DNA of 64,000 nt from Candidatus Kapaibacterium sp. (GTDB taxonomy: Bacteria; Bacteroidota; Ignavibacteria; Kapaibacteriales; JAEUSM01): assembly GCA_016788785.1 (NCBI GenBank), contig JAEUSM010000017.1:317670-381669 (forward strand), written 5' to 3'. The notes beneath the pieces are model-generated. The model saw only the letters and a program-made list of their open reading frames with translations. It was not told the origin of the DNA and did not search any database. Both the position numbers and the translations under genes were made by a program. Below are positions 57,847 through 64,000 of this stretch, piece after piece. The stretch's first letter is position 1, and every line of letters starts with the position of its first letter.

Positions 57847-59992
57847 AGTAATCTATCGTCGCAATGATTTCTAATTCAGAATCAGACGGTATTTCGGTGA
57901 AACTAATGACATTTATCATAGGGAAAGAGCCATGAAGCATTCGGAAAAGATAAGGACGAATTGTTGCTGGACAAATAATTAATGCAGAATAACCAGAGAG
58001 CGTTAATTCATCTGAGGCATTTGTTACAGAATTGTAGATTGCCTCTAATACTTGTGGTGAGAATCCTAACGACGGCATTGTTGAAGCCTGTGGGTTTTGT
58101 TGGAGCGTTTGAACCATTGCTTGTTCTAATCTTGGTGCAACAGACGCAGCATGAATCACACCGTTGTGATCTTGATACAAGCGTTTGATGGTTTCAGAGA
58201 GATTATGACGAACATATTCGGTCAATACCTCTACATTCTGCGTTACTTTTACATACTCCAATAGAGACTCAAGAATGATAGGCATATCACGTATTGGAAT
58301 TAACTCCCGTAACAAGTTTTGTAAAACTTTCTGTACTATACTAATGGGTAGTTGTTCATTTGTCACTTCATCAATAAGTGCAGCATTGTGTTTTTTCACA
58401 TTATCCAGTAATTGACGAACTTCTTGTCGTGTCAACAGACGCTCTGCATTGCGACGCAGAATTTCTGTCAAATGAGTTGCCAACACTGTAGCTGGTTCTA
58501 CGACTGTGAAACCCATTATCTCTGCATGTTCACGGTCTGATGGCATAATCCATGTTGCAGGAAGAGAAAACACTGGTTCGGTTACTTTCAAACCACGTAA
58601 ATTGCCTTCAGCAGAACCAGGGTTCATTGCAAGAAGTCGTCCTGGATAGAGTTTATTTCGAGCAAATTCGTTACTACGAACCTTTATCACATATTCTTCG
58701 GGGTCTAATTGCAAATTGTCACGAACGCGTACTGGTGGTAAAATGAAACCTAATTCTGTTGCTAATTGTCTTCGAATATTTGTGATTCGTTTGAATACAT
58801 CTCCACCTTGATTTTGGTCAACTAACGGAATAAGTCCATAACCCAGCTCTATTTCAATAGGATCGATAAAGAGCAAGTCTTCAACAGGTTGTTCTTCATT
58901 GGTTAGTTCATTCGAAGGAGGAAGAGCTTGTATTTCCTGAATGATGGCCAAACGTTTTTCTTCATTTATTGCACGATAACGAAAATAAGCAATAGTACCA
59001 GCAATAGAACCGAGTAATACAAAAGGAATGATTGGAAAGCCAGGAATCAATGCAAATAGAAACAAAGCACCAGAAGAAATTGCCAAAGCACGTGGTTCTT
59101 TTCCAAACTGCATTCCCAATTCGGATTCTAATGCTTCTCCAGATGCAGAACGAGTAACGACCAAACCCGCAGCTACTGAAATCAACAACGCAGGAATTTG
59201 CGACACTAACCCATCTCCAATTGTAAGAATCGTATAGGTGCTGAGTGAATTTTGGAAGGTCATCCCTTTTTGAGCAATCCCAATGGTAAATCCACCGATG
59301 ATGTTGATAGCAGTGATGATGAGACCTGCAATAGCATCTCCTTTTACGAATTTGGAAGCACCATCCATTGCACCAAAAAACTCTGCCTCTCTCCCGAGAT
59401 TTTTACGTCTTTTACGAGCTTCTTGTTCGTCGATAAATCCAGAATTCAAATCAGCATCAATACTCATTTGTTTACCAGGTAAGGCATCTAAGGTAAATCT
59501 TGCAGAAACTTCAGCAATTCTTGATGATCCTTTGATGATAACTACAAAGTTTACAATGATTAGCACCAAAAAGATTATCACCCCAACAACATAGTTTCCT
59601 CCCACAACAAAAGTTCCAAATCCTTTGATGATATCTCCAGCTTGACCTTGAGATAGAATAAGTCGGGTCGAGGCAATATTGAGCCCTAATCGTAAAAGAG
59701 TAGTAATAAGAAGAACAGTAGGAAATGAACTAATATCTAATGGAGATTTGATATAAATAGAAACCATTAAAATCAACACCGAAAGTGTTATGTTAACAGC
59801 TAAAATTATATCAAGTAAAAATCCAGGAAGTGGAATAATCAGAAGTGCAAGAATAAACATTACCCCAAATCCTACTAAAAGGTCAGGATTTTTTTGCAAC
59901 AAAGCCCATAACGACGCTGGGTCGTACTGTTGTCTACTTGAACGTTGGTTGCTTTTTTGTGGAGTTGCTACGGTTATATCTTGATTCGCCAT
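57845..59992 (-). CDS. flhA: Flagellar export gate protein FlhA
   Basis: FPTVLLITTLLRLGLNIASTRLIL, RIAEVSARFTLDALPGKQMSIDADL, FFGAMDGASKFVKGDAIAG, GDGLVSQIPALL. Confidence 0.96.
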   Translation of the reverse strand: MANQDITVATPQKSNQRSSRQQYDPASLWALLQKNPDLLVGFGVMFILALLIIPLPGFLLDIILAVNITLSVLILMVSIYIKSPLDISSFPTVLLITTLLRLGLNIASTRLILSQGQAGDIIKGFGTFVVGGNYVVGVIIFLVLIIVNFVVIIKGSSRIAEVSARFTLDALPGKQMSIDADLNSGFIDEQEARKRRKNLGREAEFFGAMDGASKFVKGDAIAGLIITAINIIGGFTIGIAQKGMTFQNSLSTYTILTIGDGLVSQIPALLISVAAGLVVTRSASGEALESELGMQFGKEPRALAISSGALFLFALIPGFPIIPFVLLGSIAGTIAYFRYRAINEEKRLAIIQEIQALPPSNELTNEEQPVEDLLFIDPIEIELGYGLIPLVDQNQGGDVFKRITNIRRQLATELGFILPPVRVRDNLQLDPEEYVIKVRSNEFARNKLYPGRLLAMNPGSAEGNLRGLKVTEPVFSLPATWIMPSDREHAEIMGFTVVEPATVLATHLTEILRRNAERLLTRQEVRQLLDNVKKHNAALIDEVTNEQLPISIVQKVLQNLLRELIPIRDMPIILESLLEYVKVTQNVEVLTEYVRHNLSETIKRLYQDHNGVIHAASVAPRLEQAMVQTLQQNPQASTMPSLGFSPQVLEAIYNSVTNASDELTLSGYSALIICPATIRPYLFRMLHGSFPMINVISFTEIPSDSELEIIATIDY

Positions 59993-60025
59993 AAGCAAAT
60001 ATACGTGTTTTTAGGGGATAATTCT

Positions 60026-61111
60026 CTATGATGATTTGTTATTCATCTTGTAAACATAGGCTAAAATCTGGGCAATTGCCTTGAATAGATTTTCCGGTAT
60101 TTCATCATCTTCTTCGACGGTATCATATAAGGTTCGTGCCAGAGGTGGGTCTTCTACTATCGGAATAGAAAACTCCTCTGCAATTTCACGTATTTTTAAC
60201 GCCATAAAATCAACACCTTTTGCGACAACTTTCGGTGCAGATGAGATACCTTGTTTATAATCTAAAACAATCGCATAGTGAGTAGGGTTGGTAATGACAA
60301 CAGTGGCATTTTTAACTTGTTCACGTAATATTCTCAGTAAACGTTGACGCCCAATTGATTTTTGTCGAGCTTTTGCTTCTAAATCTCCTTCTGATTGTTT
60401 CGTTTCTTCCTTTACTTCTTGTTTGGTCATTTTCATATCTTCATTGAATTTGTAGCGTTGATAACTAAAATCAATGATAGCAATGAGAATATAAGCCAAT
60501 CCTACTTTCCAAAACGTTTCGAAAACAATTGACCCAACAAAATTACCTAATTGATGAAACGGCATACCTACCAATACCACAATATCTTCGAGTTTTGGTA
60601 TAAAAATACTTGCAATGACTCCAGCTAAAACTAAAATTTTGAGAATGTTTTTTCCAACTTCAAACAGTGAGCGTGAGTTAAAAAGGATGTTTTTGATTCC
60701 AGTAAATGGATTAAAAACTCTACGAAAATTTAAACCTTCTGTAAATTTTTTAGACGCAAATTTTACACCGCCTAATTGTAATACTTCTGAAAAAAATGCT
60801 AAAAAGAATATGACAACCAATACTGGTAGAAGTATGATAGAAATTGAATAAATTAACTCTTGATAGTAATATTGGATGGAACTTGGGGCAAGATTGACAT
60901 AGCCAATGTTACGAAAGAGTTGAATCATAAACTCCTGTAATCTTGTCAATAATAAACCACTAAACAAATAAAGTATTATCCCACCAAATAGTAATAAAGC
61001 AGCGGAAGTTACATCGACACTTTTGGCAACTTGTCCTTTTGAAGCTGCATCAGATAGTCGCTTGGGTGTGGCAGCTTCGGTTTTCTCTTGGCCATCTTGA
61101 TTTTCTGCCAT
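60026..61111 (-). CDS. flhB: Flagellar export protein FlhB
   Basis: EKTEAATPKRL, KMTKQEVKEETKQSEGD, autocleavage NPTH, APKVVAKG; ATG 61111 overlaps the fliR stop. Confidence 0.95.
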   Translation of the reverse strand: MAENQDGQEKTEAATPKRLSDAASKGQVAKSVDVTSAALLLFGGIILYLFSGLLLTRLQEFMIQLFRNIGYVNLAPSSIQYYYQELIYSISIILLPVLVVIFFLAFFSEVLQLGGVKFASKKFTEGLNFRRVFNPFTGIKNILFNSRSLFEVGKNILKILVLAGVIASIFIPKLEDIVVLVGMPFHQLGNFVGSIVFETFWKVGLAYILIAIIDFSYQRYKFNEDMKMTKQEVKEETKQSEGDLEAKARQKSIGRQRLLRILREQVKNATVVITNPTHYAIVLDYKQGISSAPKVVAKGVDFMALKIREIAEEFSIPIVEDPPLARTLYDTVEEDDEIPENLFKAIAQILAYVYKMNNKSS

Positions 61112-61911
61112 TACACACTTCCTCCCAATTGGAGCGACATCACAACTTTCCAAATATCATCTTGGAACGACTTTAACATAATTGAAACCATTTGAACAAA
61201 GAGTGCAAATGTCGTCATCAAAACTAACAATCCAACAATGATTTTTAAGGAATAGCTGAGAGCGAATATATTCATTTGCGGTGAAACTCTACCCAATAAT
61301 GCAAGTCCTAAATTTGTTAAAATGAGAGCAACAATAACAGGTGAGGAAAGTTTAAACCCCAATATAAAAACTGTTGTTGATATCCTCGCCATAGTTGTAA
61401 TTGCATTTTCGGTTAAAGCAAAGGAAGTCAGTGGAATAGCTTTCAAACTAACATACATCGTTTCCAAAAGGAAATGATGACCATTGATTCCTAAAAATAC
61501 CATCAGGGTAACTAAAAAATACATCTCTCCCAAGAGGGAAGGAACATCGGCTGATGCGTCAAAAAGTAATGCAGTTTGAAACCCTAAATCTAAATCTAAA
61601 ATCCCACCTGCAACACGAACTGCATAAAAGGGTAAAGATGCTGCAAAACCAAGTAATGCACCAACAAAAAACTCTTTGAATACCAATCCAACTAAGGATA
61701 ATAACTCAAAAGTAACAGTAGGTTGCATTTTCCCAAAGGTCATTGTCATCGCAATAGCAATAACTGCAGAAATGAAGATTTTAGCTTGAGTTGGAATTCC
61801 TGGGTGTGAAAAAAAAGGAGCAGTAGAAAACAAGGTAACCACCCGAATAAAGATAAGTATACCTATTACAAAATACGTTTGAAATGCCGCAATGGTACCT
61901 GAATCAAACAT
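61111..61911 (-). CDS. fliR: Flagellar export protein FliR
   Basis: FIRVVTLFSTAPFF, GGILDLDLG, FLGINGHH, GRVSPQMNIF. Confidence 0.92.
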   Translation of the reverse strand: MFDSGTIAAFQTYFVIGILIFIRVVTLFSTAPFFSHPGIPTQAKIFISAVIAIAMTMTFGKMQPTVTFELLSLVGLVFKEFFVGALLGFAASLPFYAVRVAGGILDLDLGFQTALLFDASADVPSLLGEMYFLVTLMVFLGINGHHFLLETMYVSLKAIPLTSFALTENAITTMARISTTVFILGFKLSSPVIVALILTNLGLALLGRVSPQMNIFALSYSLKIIVGLLVLMTTFALFVQMVSIMLKSFQDDIWKVVMSLQLGGSV

Positions 61912-61921
61912 GGTGATTGCC

Positions 61922-62188
61922 TTACTTCAAATTTTCCATTATTTTGAACAGATTTATGACATACGATTTCATAGAGTTTAACATAAAGGGTAAAAACAAA
62001 ATCGTTACAACAAATACTGCCAATAATTTGGGAACGTATGTTAAGGTTTGTTCAGAAATAGAGGTTGCAGCCTGAAAAATAGAAATCACTAACCCAATTA
62101 CTAACGATAACAACAGTAAGGGTCCAGAAATGAGGAGTACTTGATAAAAAGCATCTCGAACGAGTTGAATTACTAATTCATCAGTCAT
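61922..62188 (-). CDS. fliQ: Flagellar export protein FliQ
   Basis: GLVISIFQAATSISEQTLTYVPK. Confidence 0.95.
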   Translation of the reverse strand: MTDELVIQLVRDAFYQVLLISGPLLLLSLVIGLVISIFQAATSISEQTLTYVPKLLAVFVVTILFLPFMLNSMKSYVINLFKIMENLK

Positions 62189-62204
62189 TGATGTTTCTCT
62201 TTCA

Positions 62205-63140
62205 TTAGGTTGAATTTAAAATTCCGCCAATAAGTGAAGAAATGAGTAAATTCCACCCATCAACAAGGATGAACAGCAGTATTTTTATTGGTAAGGAAAC
62301 AATTTGTGGTGGAAGTAACATCATACCCAACGACATCAAAATGGATGATATAACCATATCTATTACCAGAAATGGGATGAATATGATAAACCCAATTTGA
62401 AATGCTATTCGAAGTTCGCTAATACTAAATGCCGGAATTAAAGCAAATGTCGAAACATCCTGAACTGTTTTCGGTTTTTCACCACCACTCAGCTTGATAA
62501 ATAAATTCAAATCATCTTGACGAGTTCGTTTCAGCATAAAGTTTCTGAACGGTTCAACCATTCGTTTTACAGCAGTATCTTGGGTGATTTCATTTCGTAA
62601 ATATGGTTGTAGACCTTGCGAATTGGCTTGGTCTAAAACAGGTTGCATAACAAAAAATGTTATGAACAATGCCAAACCAGTCAACATCTGAGCAGGAGGT
62701 TGGGTTTGAGTACCCATCGCTTGTTTCAAAAAGTGAAATACGACAATGATTCTTGTAAAACATGTCATCATTATTAAAATTGACGGTGCTAATGTTAGCA
62801 CTGTCAAAACAAGTAAAATCTGGATGTTTGTCGAAAAATCTTGTGGACTATTTCCCTGACTTACTCCAACAGAAAGTGTTGGAAATGGTACTGCGTTATT
62901 TGCAGGAGGAGTTGCTGTTTGTGACCAAAGTTCCATTCCAAGTGCAAAAAACACCACAAACAACACAACAGCTATTATGCTTCCAAAACTTTTAGTAAGG
63001 GAATTTTGTTTTCGTTGCAAACATGGTTTTAAAACGTATTTCACTATGGAATTCAGAATAAATACTTCAATTTCAAAACAAATGTACGGATTCATTCCGT
63101 ATTTACCAACGAATTGTCGTATTTTTGTACAAAACAACAA
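62205..63140 (-). CDS. fliP: Flagellar export protein FliP (true start uncertain, probably downstream of 63140)
   Basis: LTVLTLAPSILIMMTCFTRI, QPP.QMLTGLALF, LIPAFSISELRIAFQIGF, GMMLLPP, LFILVDGW. Confidence 0.93.
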   Translation of the reverse strand: MLFCTKIRQFVGKYGMNPYICFEIEVFILNSIVKYVLKPCLQRKQNSLTKSFGSIIAVVLFVVFFALGMELWSQTATPPANNAVPFPTLSVGVSQGNSPQDFSTNIQILLVLTVLTLAPSILIMMTCFTRIIVVFHFLKQAMGTQTQPPAQMLTGLALFITFFVMQPVLDQANSQGLQPYLRNEITQDTAVKRMVEPFRNFMLKRTRQDDLNLFIKLSGGEKPKTVQDVSTFALIPAFSISELRIAFQIGFIIFIPFLVIDMVISSILMSLGMMLLPPQIVSLPIKILLFILVDGWNLLISSLIGGILNST

Positions 63141-63154
63141 ATATTAGTATCAAT

Positions 63155-64000
63155 ATGAAGACAACAGCATTTCAAAAATCAATCACTGTTACCATAACAC
63201 TTACCATACTGTTGATTGGTGTTGGAGGTTTAGTACGAGCTACTGGTTCTGGGTTGGGATGTCCTGATTGGCCCAAATGTTTTGGATTATGGGTTCCTCC
63301 AACAAGTGTTGATTTGTTGCCACCACAGTATAATCCACAAGATTTTAATGTACTCCGTACATGGACAGAATATCTGAATAGGTTGTTTGGAGTAATCGTT
63401 GGGTTTTCCATTATTGTGATGACTGCTCTTTCGATTCCTCAATGGAAAATTCGAAAAACTCGTACTATTTTTTCTATTCTAACCTTGTTGTTGGTTATGT
63501 TTCAAGGTTGGCTGGGTGCAGTTGTTGTAAAAACAGAATTACTTCATTGGGTGATCACTTTGCATATGATAGTTGCAATGATTTTATTGGGAACTATGTT
63601 GGTGACCAAACATCTATCGTATTCAACACCACTGTATGAAAAAAATGAACTTTCTTCACCATTGAGAAAAGAATTGTTAGTGTTTTTTCTGTGTATTCTA
63701 ACATTGACAATGGCACAAGTTGTCCTAGGTACACAAGTACGAGAAGAAGTCGACATTATAGTCAATTCAACAGAGTGGAAGGATTTGCCTCGTGAATTTT
63801 GGTTGATAAAAGCAGGAACTATCCACGAAATTCATCGTAGCTTTTCTTGGAGTGTGTTTCTTTTGACAGTGTTCCTATTTGTCAGAATGCGAAGAGCAGT
63901 TATTCCACAAACGCTTAAATTCTATAGTGTGGTATTGGGAGCCGTGATAATGGTACAGATGCTGGTCGGTATAGTTTTGTCATATTTTCATTTACCTCCA
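63155..64000 (+). CDS. ctaA: Heme A synthase COX15/CtaA (3'-truncated by window edge; missing from the ORF track)
   Basis: ATG 63155 opens MKTTAF...VRATGSGLGCPDWPKCFG, WTEYLNRLFG, FQGWLGAVVV, ITLHM, IHRSF, in frame to 64000; TATTTTTG box at 63120-63127. Confidence 0.9.
   Translation, partial: MKTTAFQKSITVTITLTILLIGVGGLVRATGSGLGCPDWPKCFGLWVPPTSVDLLPPQYNPQDFNVLRTWTEYLNRLFGVIVGFSIIVMTALSIPQWKIRKTRTIFSILTLLLVMFQGWLGAVVVKTELLHWVITLHMIVAMILLGTMLVTKHLSYSTPLYEKNELSSPLRKELLVFFLCILTLTMAQVVLGTQVREEVDIIVNSTEWKDLPREFWLIKAGTIHEIHRSFSWSVFLLTVFLFVRMRRAVIPQTLKFYSVVLGAVIMVQMLVGIVLSYFHLPP

Noticed and set aside
57845-63140. Non-flagellar T3SS (injectisome)
   Set aside because: The fliP-Q-R-flhB-flhA order and the FliP N-terminal signal-like extension fit the flagellar type; no sctC/J/N or needle genes are nearby.
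1-64000. tRNA, rRNA, prophage or defence-island genes
   Set aside because: None recognised by eye in the intergenic gaps or ORFs; a tRNAscan/Infernal run would be needed to exclude small RNAs.

Overview
AT-rich chromosomal window. It is mostly housekeeping and cell-envelope genes from an FCB-group bacterium. The combination of a T9SS-type C-terminal sorting domain, TAnnTTTG promoter boxes and flagellar export genes suggests an Ignavibacteria/Kapabacteria-like lineage (inference, not database-checked). From left to right it holds: a cobalamin riboswitch-controlled uptake operon (double beta-propeller T9SS cargo plus BtuB-like receptor, continuing off the left edge); isoaspartyl peptidase; MscS; NlpC/P60; a peptide ABC binding protein; a PhoBR-like pair; FMN reductase; biotin carboxylase; a TPR histidine kinase; sucD-ndk; two paralogous exported proteins; a degenerate GAF-GAF-GGDEF protein; a DHH phosphoesterase; a pseudo-PP2C; ROK kinase; an O-antigen ligase-like protein; YyaL; an SDR; pckA; a membrane protein with a GldL-like helical hairpin; an RND efflux operon with a candidate leader ORF; LPS glycosyltransferases; thiolase-icd; hutU; an ECF sigma factor; gpx-dtd; PAP2 plus a second O-antigen ligase; the flagellar export gate fliP-fliQ-fliR-flhB-flhA; and a partial ctaA. 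The most striking structure is a ~730-bp cassette (57117-57846). It is a GxxExxY PD-(D/E)XK-like gene with its own promoter, flanked by two mutually inverted arrays of a GTCTGAACC+(GAT/GAN)n repeat and bounded by a perfect 13-bp terminal inverted repeat. It sits antisense between flhA and the O-antigen ligase gene. I found no tRNA, rRNA, CRISPR array, prophage or classical IS transposase. All calls come from reading the sequence and ORF track; no searches were run.
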